Under the pieces are notes generated by a model. That model did no database searches, was not told the DNA's origin, and worked only from the letters and a program-made list of their open reading frames with translations. A stretch of 64,000 nt of DNA from Barthelona sp. PCE (taxonomy: Eukaryota): positions 1,488,001 through 1,552,000 of the forward strand of contig JAUFOR010000003.1 of NCBI GenBank assembly GCA_040285745.1. The letters are read 5' to 3'. This document shows positions 52,996 to 63,516 of this stretch, in pieces. Within the stretch, counting starts at the first letter, position 1, and each line of letters opens with the position of its first letter. The position numbers and the translations under genes are program-made.

Positions 52996-55900
52996 ATGCT
53001 TGCTATATTTAGTCTCCTTTGGAAGATCATTCTGGGGTACACAGTACTGTTCCAGCTACTTCCATTCACAGTGGGTTTCATCGTAACGCTTTTAGCAAAG
53101 TTCTTTGTGTCAAAGGATATCCGTATCCACATGATCGGTATATCGAAGATGGTGGCGCTCGTATTTAAGCGTGCTGGACTCTCATTTTACATAGATAAGA
53201 TGAATTATAGATTGCCAATCTTCTCTTTGTTTTCAGTACGACCCAACATCACAGGCGTCACTTTAGATCGCCTTCGCATCCGCATAAATAGCAAATATTT
53301 TGAGAATATGGTTCAAGAAACTGCATCTCCTGAAAGCATAATACCCGTTTGCTTAAATAAGGTCTTTGAGGACCTATACGCAAACAAAACGGTGCAGTTC
53401 CTGGGCAAATTCCTGTCAAATCTAAACGTAGACATCAGGCGTATAGATCTTATACTCGACAGCCCTAAGAAAAAACGAATAGGTGTTGTTCTGAGTGATA
53501 TATCATGTAAGGTGTCGTGGTCGTTCACGGAGGACGTGTTTGAGTGCAGCGTGAAGTGCGGATGCAATGCCAGCGTTCTTCCATCGTGTCTCAGTGTACG
53601 TGGTTTTGAGAGCACCATCACATTCTCAGCTCCTTATAGGGGATCATCGACGCTGCTTAAGGTTCAGTCTCGTATTGACGACATGCTCCTCGTTCACAAC
53701 GAAGCGTTCAACACTTGTATAGACTCGCTCACATACTTTTTATCGAAAATCCCACCCTCGGTCGACTCTGGTGGCCACGTCTTCTCCTCGCTGCTGTCTA
53801 CGTGTGTCGTGCTGGAGGTCAACACTGTGATGGCAATCCATTTCCTGGAGGACGGGTCTTGGGTCGAACTCAGCTTCCACATCCCCATAGCACGGGTCAC
53901 CGGTTTCAATACAATGCTCGTCTCATGCACAGACATTGTGGTGTACTCTTCAACGCTGAAGGAACAACCCATACACATCAATTCAGTCGACGTGGCAGCC
54001 ACCTCATGTATTGGCCCCTCCGATTTTGACAACATCGACGTATTCGTTGGAAAGATCGCCCTTGCTGCGCGCAACGTGGACGTTTTGGTATACGAGCGCT
54101 GCATCACTAGTCTTTCGGCACTTATAGAACGAATGGTTATTCACAGCGCCGAACCCGTTCCCAGCGTCACTGCGCCCATTATTCAGCTGCAGGAGGCAAT
54201 GTCGCGCGAGGAATCGGTGGCAAGAGGCAGCGAGGCAACCACAGAATTCCACAGTGCACAGGGTCTGAGCGATTCGACGGCATCCGTCTCTCGTCAGACA
54301 GAGGTTAAACACCGATCCATCTCCCGAGCACCAGCAGTGTTTCTGGGGCTGGACGTCGCCGGTATTGACATACGCCTAACCCTCGATGATACAGAGGACA
54401 CGCTCCAGGTTGTTTGCAACAACATATCATCATCTAAGCACAATGCCATTACTTGTGGTGAGTTCATTATATATCAGTACCATGAGTCCAACTGTGTCTC
54501 TGGGCACTCGGTTGCAGTGTACAACACCCGCGTGGAGTTTGTCAACGAGTCACTTATGATCGTGAAGGTTGATGATGACGACAACTACGTCAGCCACGAT
54601 ACAAAGGGCGATCCTTTCGGGCTACCGCTCACTATTACGTCTGAAACCTGCCGTATACAGACAGGTTCAGCGCACGCTATCGCCACTTTTGAGTTTTTTG
54701 AGCAATTTTTCGCAGACATTATGGATCTACGCAGTCATTTGCCGAGCGAACCTTCGCCTGCCATGCTGTTTGACTTTGACGTGCCGTTCCAATGGTCAGT
54801 CAATCTTCTGACGATGGGGCTTACACTCACCGAACGCACTTTTTTCTTCTTGTCGCTCACAGACGCACGCCTGTTTGCGCGAAAGAAGCTGCCGCTAGCC
54901 AAGTCATTTCTCAAGACTATCAAGCGAGAGTACGTGTCATCAGACACATGGCACAGTTTCCTTGATGCGAAAAGAGCCACTATTCAACTTTTTGATGTCG
55001 ATACTCCTCTCATCGAAGCTTCAGACTTTGCATTTGGTATGGGCAATGAGCCTGATGCTTATCTAAACACACTCTTCATCGTTTCTGACATGCTGACGAT
55101 ATGCCAGACGTTTGATGTAAGGTTCGGTGACCACCTCGCCGACCTAACGCTGACAATCAATCTACTTCTGCGATACTTCAAGCCATACGTAGACGAGTGC
55201 CCAGCAATGCCAATGGAGGTTCTTGCCAACAAATTGAGCTTTCAACTCCGCGGAGATCCTCTGGACGGGTTTGTTGCGCTCCGACACCAGCGTGGTGCTT
55301 CTTACATCGAACAGTGCCTGCTCAGGCATGACATGCTTGAACGTCGTTTCCTATCCCAACTCAATAAGGAGTGCCTTGAGGATCTCACTGATTTTGAACT
55401 GGAAGATCTTGATGCGCTGCACATGTCTCTTTATTCGCAAGACTTCCCGCTGCTATCGGCGGCGATGTCACAGCCACCTATTCAGGAGGAGGCACTTTCG
55501 TGGAACGCTATTGAGTTTGCAATGGACAACGTGAGATGGTCATCAGTCATAAATGATTGGATGTTTGATGCAGATGCAGTTCGAAACTGGGTTCGTGCGA
55601 GAGATACTTCATTCCAACATGTTGAATGGAACGCCATTCTCCCTTTCAGGTGTGTCTTGTCGGCCACCACGTTCTCCATGCAGGTGTATAACACCCCACA
55701 CATCGCCCGCATTAGCAACCTCATTTTCAGCGGTGTTTTTTGTGTTTGCGATCAAAAGGTTCGGAAAATCCCTACCCAAGTTGTGCTGACACCAACAAGC
55801 ACCACAAAAAACATCGATCACCCAGCACACTTCCCCGGCATCAAACCTCCTCAGCCGATCCCAGGCGTTTTTGAAGAGCAAAAGGTGATGGTTGTTGATA

Positions 55901-58900
55901 GGACACCTGCCCCTGTACAAATGTTCTTTGATATGAACCTTTCTGGTACAAAAACCCGCGCATATTACTCACTGCAACATTCTGCGCTAATGACTGGTAT
56001 GAGCGAAGCGTTTGAGCGGTTTATTCCTCTCTCTACATATAATTCTCCCCCATTGGCCTGGTGGGACACACTCAGGTTCGGTATGCACGGCAACATAATG
56101 GCCGAGCTTCGCGACTTTGCTTTTTACTTGGCTGCGGTTGACAACGTTTTCAAAGAAGATTTAATACTTCGAGTTAAATCTGATAAGCTATATCTAAGTA
56201 ACTTTGGCACTCATGACGAAGATCTGAGCGGCGTCTCTCGCATTCTGTATGGAAAAAACGGGGAAGAGCCATTTGAGTGGATGACTGCTGATCGAAACGC
56301 CAACGCAAAATTCATGATTGGCCTCATCAATGCTGTTCTCCGTGTCACATCAAGTGACGAGCACAACGCTGCGTCGATTCCGTTCATGAGCGTCAATCTC
56401 AATATGCATTTCAAACCAAAGAACGCAACAGAGCTGGCTCGCTTCCGCTCGTTTCACATAATGAAATGGAATGATGACCAGACATATGAGGAGCTGCTCG
56501 GTATGAGCGACAAAGAGTATGCTGAGGACATGTATCGAATGTACCGAAGTGATGATTTTACGTTCGCAGTTGATCTTGACTTACATCCTGGAGACATGCC
56601 TATGACGTCACCTGGTGGTCCAATGGCCTCGCCCGAGATCGTAAACAGCCTCCCGACGGTGGTCTGCTCGTTAGATCAGATGGAATCCATCATGAAGTTG
56701 ATGACGGTCTTCCAGAAAATACCCGTTGTATGCTCTGCAATTCCAATGGCAAACAGGATCGTCCCACGCCCAAAGCTCCCCTTATATGACTTTGTGTTTG
56801 CGATGAAGCGTATCAAGTTTAGCGTTAACGCTCCCTTTTTGTGCGGCTGCATTTTTGACCCAGAAAACCCCGATAAGTACCTTGCATTCGCGATACAGGG
56901 CCTGCACTGCTCAATGCAGCTTCTTCAGGAGAGCAGACCGAACCCTAACGCGTTTAGCATCTTCAAGACCAATTACTACAATATTCAGGATCCTGGAGTT
57001 CTTGTTTACATTGAGGGTGTCGACTTCCAGCTCACAAACGAGCGCGTATCATTTGATTATGACGACAATAACCAGCCCGTGAAACTAACCACAAGCGGAC
57101 TTTGTCGCGGTGTTCTTCGGGGAACACGTATCACAACGCAAGCGCTGGATAATTCTGGCAACGGATACGGAATTGCCTGGCCCGACTTTGAACCTGCTTA
57201 TGACCACGTCAACTGGACAGATCTCCAATCATACGTAACAACTGTCGACGATCTCGAGCTCGAAACGATGCTGCGTGCAATGACTGGCGAAACCGACAGT
57301 GGGAAGAACGCCTATGGCAAGAATCAACGAATCGTCAGTTCACTCGCAAAGCACAACGACCAACTCACACTCGACAGCATTCTTCACACTATTGACGATA
57401 TTGAGCAGAGTTACGCCGACGAAGACTACGATGATGACGTCTTGTCGCCTATCCCTCCTGCTTTCATTGATTCTGAGGAGAGATCTGAGAAATCATTGGA
57501 GCCTGCACAGCCTGATATTGGTGGCATACCAACGCCACCGCTGAATGCAGCCATCCCCGAGCCCGGCCTTCGCCCATACAAGTCCACGCTCTTCAAGCCT
57601 GTTGAGCCTCCGTCTCCTGAGTTGGAGCTTGAGCTCAATTTCATTGATGGTGAGTTTTACGATTTCGACAGGCCGGTTATAACGCGCATCACAGCGCTCG
57701 ATAACCGCGCGAACCTATCGATCCCTCGTTTCAGCGAAGATGAGTACCGCGATCAGTTCCTGTTCCCCGCCAACTCATTTGGCGTTGCGACACGCATAGA
57801 ATCCATGAGCTCACACCTGGAGCTCAGCAAGGGATCCTCTGAAACGCTCATGGACTGGCTGAAGCCCTTTTTGATATTTATTCCCCCTTATCGAAACCTT
57901 TGCTCTGAAGTCTTTGGAAAAGAGTCTGAGAAGAGTACCGATATCGACATAAATGAGCTGAGTGGGTCTTGCAGCGTGATATCAAACAGCATAAAGGGCA
58001 GCGACGTTGCAAACTCTGCGGTTTTCATAAAGCTCGACGATTTCCAGATCAACATAGAAGCTGATTCCTCTGACGCTTTCATACTCACGCACAGCGATCC
58101 TTTTATCTATTGTATGATCTCTGAGGCGCCAATGGCGTCGTTAGAGCTGCTTCCATGGGCCTCGCTCACAAAGCAGCTCATGAGACAGTTGGAGTTCGAG
58201 CTCGACTGCCCTGTTGTCGTTGACGAACACATGCTCCCTACACGAGTCAAGGAGACATTTGCTCGCCGTGGGGTAAAGATGCCCCTGTTGGAGCTACAAT
58301 TGAAACAGTACGCGTGCAACAGGAAGAGAGTTGATGTTCTAAAATGTTCCGTTCCAAATCTTTCAAGAGTTCTCAAGTTTTCAACCTCCAAACACGTCAT
58401 CAGCGGCATGTCCGGCATGGTTGTGCCCAACTTGAAAATCTACACAGGACCTAAAGTCAGCTCACGCGTTTTCATTACAGATGAGTTCCCAAATATCATC
58501 AGATGCATCAGTTCTCCCGCAAACTTGCTCTATTACTCACAGTTGCAGTATTCTCGTATTGGTTGGCGACTCCCATTCGAGTCGCACGCCTCATTCCTAT
58601 CAGGTGATGACACAACGCTGGCAAGTCAAGTCGGCTCGGCGCAGGCCACCCACCTGCTCAACTTCGTTGCCAGGCTCAAGAACAAGACATCAGCTCTCAA
58701 GCCCTTCGACGCATACTTCATAGTGCCGACCATTTCGCTGAAGCTGGATGACAGTGAGTATCGTTTAGCGTATGATTGTATCATACAGGCGTTCGCGTCA
58801 AACCCACCGCTCGTGACGCACCTGGACATCGCGTTTCTGACGAGGAAAGAGAAAATTGAACTTCTGAAGAAGGTGTGTGATCGACAGAGTATAGACCAGC

Positions 58901-60180
58901 TCGACGCACGAATTGAGACAGTGGATATCCTCATTACCGAGCTCAACTCCATCGTTGATGGGTCATTCGACCCCGATAGGCCACGTTCGCTCGAAAAAAC
59001 AGAAGAGGAGCTCAATATGCTGATGATTGAGAAAGAAGCAATATCAGCTGTCCTCTGCGAAAGAGAGCGCATCAGGCGGCTGGAAAGGGGCGAAAAGATG
59101 CCAGGAACGGGTATTTTCACAATGTTTATTGACAGCGTTGGCGTAAGTCTTACTCAAGGCACGGATATGTTTCTCGACTCGAAGTTGACGCATTTACACT
59201 TCGAACTCGAGCAGTTAGGATCCTCCTCGCTGTCCACGCTGCAGATAGGCGATTTACAAGTGTATAACCCGTTGATCAACGATCCGTACCTCGTTGTCGT
59301 CCGTCCCAACTACACGGCTGCTGTGGACGCATCACACCGCGTCATCACATACGACTCGCCATCACTGGGCACGGGCAAGCTGTCGAAACAGCTGACTCTT
59401 GATCTGTTTGATGCGCCCGTTGTTGTCACTGATACTACCGCCGAATCTACGTCGGACGTCACGGTCATCAACGAAGCGTGCATCAGGCTTTACTTCGAGG
59501 TCAAACCGCCGTTGGTTGGCGTCCCCATCATCGACCATGTAGAGTTGAGCTTGTCCCCAATGATCATACAGATTTCATCAATGTTCCTCGACTCGCTCAA
59601 CGAGTTCTTCAAGACAAACAGCTCTGGTAGGATGACCGACATCATTGACTCTGATCCAGAGCTGACTCGCATCATGTCCGCGAGCACAATAGGCACCCCG
59701 AAGAGAGAAAGCCATGCAATGAGCGAAGTGGATATGTTTTCTCCGTTTGCACTTGCACAAACGCCCTCGGAGTCGGTCCAGTCGAATGGATCAAGCAAAT
59801 TCCACATTACATACTTCAAAGTTTCGGTTGTTGACGTGGTTATAAGCTATAAGAAGGTGAAGGGCCAAGACAATGGTGCTAGGTATTTTACTGATTTTGA
59901 GGACATAGCGGTCCAAATTAATGAGCTTATTATTGACAACACCACTATTACGTGGCAAAAAATTTACGAAAGACTGGAGAAACACTTTGTACGAAGTGTC
60001 CTCCTTCAGGTGGCTCCACAGTTCTCAGTGCAGAAGCTGAGCCGCGTCTGGCCATTCAGCCGACGCCGCAATGCTGAAACAACACCGCAGCAGCCACAGA
60101 CATCCAGAAGAGAGTCCGCTATGCAGCAGCTCCGCCGAACTGGCGGTATCTTTGGTCAGATCGCGCGTGACAGCCGTTAA
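52996..60180 (+). CDS. BLTP2: bridge-like lipid transfer protein BLTP2 (Hobbit/KIAA0100/Fmp27/SABRE)
   Basis: N-terminal TM, SPPLAWWDTLRFGMHG (the GFWDK-domain motif) and an Apt1-like C-terminus YFKVSVVDVVISYK...NTTITWQKI...VLLQV. 2394 aa. Confidence 0.85.
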   Translation: MLAIFSLLWKIILGYTVLFQLLPFTVGFIVTLLAKFFVSKDIRIHMIGISKMVALVFKRAGLSFYIDKMNYRLPIFSLFSVRPNITGVTLDRLRIRINSKYFENMVQETASPESIIPVCLNKVFEDLYANKTVQFLGKFLSNLNVDIRRIDLILDSPKKKRIGVVLSDISCKVSWSFTEDVFECSVKCGCNASVLPSCLSVRGFESTITFSAPYRGSSTLLKVQSRIDDMLLVHNEAFNTCIDSLTYFLSKIPPSVDSGGHVFSSLLSTCVVLEVNTVMAIHFLEDGSWVELSFHIPIARVTGFNTMLVSCTDIVVYSSTLKEQPIHINSVDVAATSCIGPSDFDNIDVFVGKIALAARNVDVLVYERCITSLSALIERMVIHSAEPVPSVTAPIIQLQEAMSREESVARGSEATTEFHSAQGLSDSTASVSRQTEVKHRSISRAPAVFLGLDVAGIDIRLTLDDTEDTLQVVCNNISSSKHNAITCGEFIIYQYHESNCVSGHSVAVYNTRVEFVNESLMIVKVDDDDNYVSHDTKGDPFGLPLTITSETCRIQTGSAHAIATFEFFEQFFADIMDLRSHLPSEPSPAMLFDFDVPFQWSVNLLTMGLTLTERTFFFLSLTDARLFARKKLPLAKSFLKTIKREYVSSDTWHSFLDAKRATIQLFDVDTPLIEASDFAFGMGNEPDAYLNTLFIVSDMLTICQTFDVRFGDHLADLTLTINLLLRYFKPYVDECPAMPMEVLANKLSFQLRGDPLDGFVALRHQRGASYIEQCLLRHDMLERRFLSQLNKECLEDLTDFELEDLDALHMSLYSQDFPLLSAAMSQPPIQEEALSWNAIEFAMDNVRWSSVINDWMFDADAVRNWVRARDTSFQHVEWNAILPFRCVLSATTFSMQVYNTPHIARISNLIFSGVFCVCDQKVRKIPTQVVLTPTSTTKNIDHPAHFPGIKPPQPIPGVFEEQKVMVVDRTPAPVQMFFDMNLSGTKTRAYYSLQHSALMTGMSEAFERFIPLSTYNSPPLAWWDTLRFGMHGNIMAELRDFAFYLAAVDNVFKEDLILRVKSDKLYLSNFGTHDEDLSGVSRILYGKNGEEPFEWMTADRNANAKFMIGLINAVLRVTSSDEHNAASIPFMSVNLNMHFKPKNATELARFRSFHIMKWNDDQTYEELLGMSDKEYAEDMYRMYRSDDFTFAVDLDLHPGDMPMTSPGGPMASPEIVNSLPTVVCSLDQMESIMKLMTVFQKIPVVCSAIPMANRIVPRPKLPLYDFVFAMKRIKFSVNAPFLCGCIFDPENPDKYLAFAIQGLHCSMQLLQESRPNPNAFSIFKTNYYNIQDPGVLVYIEGVDFQLTNERVSFDYDDNNQPVKLTTSGLCRGVLRGTRITTQALDNSGNGYGIAWPDFEPAYDHVNWTDLQSYVTTVDDLELETMLRAMTGETDSGKNAYGKNQRIVSSLAKHNDQLTLDSILHTIDDIEQSYADEDYDDDVLSPIPPAFIDSEERSEKSLEPAQPDIGGIPTPPLNAAIPEPGLRPYKSTLFKPVEPPSPELELELNFIDGEFYDFDRPVITRITALDNRANLSIPRFSEDEYRDQFLFPANSFGVATRIESMSSHLELSKGSSETLMDWLKPFLIFIPPYRNLCSEVFGKESEKSTDIDINELSGSCSVISNSIKGSDVANSAVFIKLDDFQINIEADSSDAFILTHSDPFIYCMISEAPMASLELLPWASLTKQLMRQLEFELDCPVVVDEHMLPTRVKETFARRGVKMPLLELQLKQYACNRKRVDVLKCSVPNLSRVLKFSTSKHVISGMSGMVVPNLKIYTGPKVSSRVFITDEFPNIIRCISSPANLLYYSQLQYSRIGWRLPFESHASFLSGDDTTLASQVGSAQATHLLNFVARLKNKTSALKPFDAYFIVPTISLKLDDSEYRLAYDCIIQAFASNPPLVTHLDIAFLTRKEKIELLKKVCDRQSIDQLDARIETVDILITELNSIVDGSFDPDRPRSLEKTEEELNMLMIEKEAISAVLCERERIRRLERGEKMPGTGIFTMFIDSVGVSLTQGTDMFLDSKLTHLHFELEQLGSSSLSTLQIGDLQVYNPLINDPYLVVVRPNYTAAVDASHRVITYDSPSLGTGKLSKQLTLDLFDAPVVVTDTTAESTSDVTVINEACIRLYFEVKPPLVGVPIIDHVELSLSPMIIQISSMFLDSLNEFFKTNSSGRMTDIIDSDPELTRIMSASTIGTPKRESHAMSEVDMFSPFALAQTPSESVQSNGSSKFHITYFKVSVVDVVISYKKVKGQDNGARYFTDFEDIAVQINELIIDNTTITWQKIYERLEKHFVRSVLLQVAPQFSVQKLSRVWPFSRRRNAETTPQQPQTSRRESAMQQLRRTGGIFGQIARDSR

Positions 60181-60971
60181 ATGGTCTTTGGTACTGCTTG
60201 ACTGAACCTGGACAGCAATAAATCGATATCACTGGCGTGTTCAGCATGCGTTCTTGATTGATTGGAGTCTCTGTTTGCGCTATCCCGCCTCATCCTCGGG
60301 CTCCCGGGACTCAGGTGGGTCTGCAGTTCGAGATTGAATGGCACAGGGCTCACCCTCCGCGCAGTCGACGCTGCCACAATTGGAGTTGGGCTTATGCGCG
60401 GTATGGATGATGAGAGGATTTCCTCTGCTGACGACGATGTGTTGTGGAACATGAACTCCGAGCTGTCTATCGTATCAGGGGCGGCCACAGAAAGCGTGAG
60501 GGGTCGGATCGGAAACGACGGATCTGGAGCAAAAAATATTGGGGGAGTCTCAACGGGGCGCATGGACACGCTCATACATACCAAACAGTTTGAAAAACCG
60601 CATTCCCAAAGACGAAGCTGAGTATACCCTGGTTTCTGAGCGAAACAACTAAGATTGAACTCGCAAACACCGAGTCTCTCGTGTGAGCGGTACTCCCTGG
60701 CACGTCTAACCGAAATTCTTGTCTTCGTGTCACGAAGTTCCCGAGTTTCCGAATTTAGAGGACAATCTATAAGGAAAATAAACTCCTGGTTGTACTTTAT
60801 ACGGCACTTCTCAACGAGTCCTATCTCTGTAAACTTGTGGTTCTTCTTTTTTGGTGGCTTTATCTTAACAAATACAGGTACACCATCTGGAATTGTTGCT
60901 CCGAGTATTTCGTGCATAGTTATATGCACTTGGAATGTTACAAACTCCTTGTCACGTGAGAATATGCCCAT
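60177..60971 (-). CDS. NT-C2 domain protein (EEIG1/FAM102-like)
   Basis: FQVHITMHEI...VFVKIK...RISVRR...RLGVCEFNLSCFA. Start at ATG 60971. Confidence 0.8.
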   Translation of the reverse strand: MGIFSRDKEFVTFQVHITMHEILGATIPDGVPVFVKIKPPKKKNHKFTEIGLVEKCRIKYNQEFIFLIDCPLNSETRELRDTKTRISVRRAREYRSHERLGVCEFNLSCFAQKPGYTQLRLWECGFSNCLVCMSVSMRPVETPPIFFAPDPSFPIRPLTLSVAAPDTIDSSEFMFHNTSSSAEEILSSSIPRISPTPIVAASTARRVSPVPFNLELQTHLSPGSPRMRRDSANRDSNQSRTHAEHASDIDLLLSRFSQAVPKTI

Positions 60972-61104
60972 AAAAAGAAAAAATATGAAATACAAGTTTT
61001 GATAACAGAAAACCCTGTCATGTGGGAAAATTACGAGGGATGGAGCGCGTGAGCATATAAAATGTGATGTTTGTCCAATGCATTTACATATCTCACCCAT
61101 ACCT

Positions 61105-62349
61105 ATGCATCGCTTTATTCTTGTGACACTTGCTCTGCTTGCAGTGGCAGTGTGTTCTGCGCCATATCTTAACCAAAAGGTGCTATGTGTAACAGAAGAC
61201 GAATTTACTCTGAAAGAATATCTTGCTGAATTCGATAAGTACGACATTACTGTATCTTTGCCCGAGGACGTCTCTGATCTGTACAGTTACTCACATGTTC
61301 TTTTATTGGCTAACGATGCTGATAGTTTCGGTTCTTACTCTGTTGAGGATTTTGTCAAGTTTTTCGATAAGGGTGGTAACCTCATGATTGCAGGTGGCGA
61401 AGAGACCAGTGATTTCATCTTTGATCTCGCCAACGAATTAGGTGTTCAGATGAGCACTTCAATTATTTCCAGCCCTAACTACTTTGCTGGAAATTTCGAT
61501 GATGATGACATGCCCGAGAAGACATGGGTCGTCGCCCAGCCTGAGGATGTCTTTGCATTCCCCGTTGGTCTCACAGACACTGTTCAACTACCTTTTCTCC
61601 ATTACGGTTCTGGTTTCTTCGTTGAAGACAACCGTATCAACCTCGTCATCCCCCCTGAGGGTTCCATCGACGTTGAGGAGGAAGACGAAGTCGACTCTCT
61701 TATGGTTGCATTTCAGGGTCGTAACAGCGCTCGTCTCGTTCTTATTGGCTCTCAAAAGGTCCTCACTGATAACATCTACAACGCTGAGGTCCGCGAGACT
61801 GCCACTGATATGAACAAGATGCGCCCCTGGGCCGGTAACAGCAACAAGTACTACACTGTGCAAATTACAAAGTGGCTCTTACACGAGGTTGGTGTCGTTC
61901 AAATGAACGGAAAGCCCGTTTACGACGAGCGCGTGTACATTGTCGGTGAGGAGATGGACTATACCGTCAATATGCGCACATGGAACGATGCAAAGAACGA
62001 GTGGGAGCCCATCTGCCTAAGCGACATGCAGTTAAGCATCAGAATGGTTGATCCATTCATCAGGAAGACCATGACATGCAAGGGTGGCGCACATAACCTC
62101 GTGACTAAGTTGCCTGATCGTTATGGTGTATTTACCATGGAGGTTGATTACGAACATGTCGGTCTGACAAACGTCCGCCACACAGACGAGGTAGTTATCC
62201 GCTCCCTGCCCCACACCCACTTTATGCGTTTCATTAAGGTCGCCTACCCATACTATGCCGTTGTTATTGCGTGCATGATTGCGGTTATTTGCGTCTTCTG
62301 CCTAACATTGGGTCATTTACAGACTGAGAAGAAGAAGAAGGTAGAGTAA
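61105..62349 (+). CDS. DDOST: oligosaccharyltransferase subunit OST48/Wbp1
   Basis: Signal peptide, QGRNSARLVLIGS, MVDPFIR, LPDRYGVFT, RFIKVAYPYY, a TM helix and a KKxx ER-retrieval tail. Confidence 0.92.
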   Translation: MHRFILVTLALLAVAVCSAPYLNQKVLCVTEDEFTLKEYLAEFDKYDITVSLPEDVSDLYSYSHVLLLANDADSFGSYSVEDFVKFFDKGGNLMIAGGEETSDFIFDLANELGVQMSTSIISSPNYFAGNFDDDDMPEKTWVVAQPEDVFAFPVGLTDTVQLPFLHYGSGFFVEDNRINLVIPPEGSIDVEEEDEVDSLMVAFQGRNSARLVLIGSQKVLTDNIYNAEVRETATDMNKMRPWAGNSNKYYTVQITKWLLHEVGVVQMNGKPVYDERVYIVGEEMDYTVNMRTWNDAKNEWEPICLSDMQLSIRMVDPFIRKTMTCKGGAHNLVTKLPDRYGVFTMEVDYEHVGLTNVRHTDEVVIRSLPHTHFMRFIKVAYPYYAVVIACMIAVICVFCLTLGHLQTEKKKKVE

Positions 62350-62362
62350 AATCGAGTGTTTA

Positions 62363-62923
62363 CTAGCAGCCACAGCCGGTGTCCGAGTCTTCCTCGTCGT
62401 CATCGATGATTTGAGCTGGATCATCTAGTTTGGGCGGTTGACTGGAGAGTTCCCGAGCGATATCTGTGAACACGCCAAGGACGTTGTCACCCGTCTTAGC
62501 TGATGTGAAATAGTGCTTCACGTTATTATTAACTGCATAGCTCTCACCGCTTACCCGGCGTTCCAGATCTGATTTGTTACCCACAATGCACATTGGCACG
62601 TTATTGGTGTTGCGTCTCAGCTCCTGTACCCACATGTCAACGCGTTCCAGACTTTGCTCGTCAGTGGTATCGTAGACCAACAGTGCATAATCTGCGTCTC
62701 TGTAATAGACGGAACTAAGGTGGCTGTATCGTTCTTGGCCGGCTGTGTCCCACACATTAATTGAGACACGCTTGTTATCGACCTGAATGGTCTTTGAGAG
62801 GAATGTAACAATAACGCTAGATTTCTCAAATTGATTAAAGGAATTGTAGACGAGGCGCTGCAGAATAGATGTTTTGCCGCATCGCTCAATGCCCAAAATG
62901 ATTACTTTGAAAGGTGCTTGCAT
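62363..62923 (-). CDS. RAB21: Rab GTPase, Rab21-like
   Basis: GIERCGKTS, WDTAGQERY, YYRD, NKSD, SAK, and a QIIDDD...CGC prenylation tail. The subfamily is moderately supported. Confidence 0.75.
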   Translation of the reverse strand: MQAPFKVIILGIERCGKTSILQRLVYNSFNQFEKSSVIVTFLSKTIQVDNKRVSINVWDTAGQERYSHLSSVYYRDADYALLVYDTTDEQSLERVDMWVQELRRNTNNVPMCIVGNKSDLERRVSGESYAVNNNVKHYFTSAKTGDNVLGVFTDIARELSSQPPKLDDPAQIIDDDEEDSDTGCGC

Positions 62924-63516
62924 AAATTTTGAAAAAAAATGTAAATGGTTGAGGTTTTCTTTGATGGCGTGGTTAAAAAGTGCTGAAAAAGTTATAGACA
63001 AGTCCGATGAGTGGAAATAACCCTGTGATGCCTGAGTAATGAAGGGAAAAACTCGATAACAATTGAAATGCTTCTCATTGTAAATCTTCTTGCTTAGTGG
63101 CGCTTTTAAAATCATTTACTCGTTGCTTAGCGTATATAAATATCAGAATGTCTTTGGTGCGAAAAAGAATTGTATTCAACTTAATAAACCAGTATGTTCT
63201 GAAGCTCTGCTGATATTAGTCGATATGAGCAGTATTTGGCCTTTAAGAACCACATGGATGAGCAAGATTGATTCAAACAATATGCAAAGGTTCAACAAAT
63301 ATTTTAGTTGAATTTTATGGTTCTAAAACTATTTTTGAGTTCAAATTTAAAGTTAAAAAGATGAGAAAAAAATACAAAAACACAGAACCTTTTTGATTGC
63401 AAAATTCTTCACTATTACCGTTTATATCAGAACATTATGTGGCATCACATCCTTCAAATGTCTCTTCTTTACACCAGTTAGTTGTTGATCTTGTTTATTC
63501 TTTCATTTACTTTTTC

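Noticed and set aside
62924-63516. Rab21/Rab23 as a tandem duplication, or a snoRNA in their long spacer
   Set aside because: The two Rabs belong to distinct ancient subfamilies, and the C/D-box-like words are incomplete.
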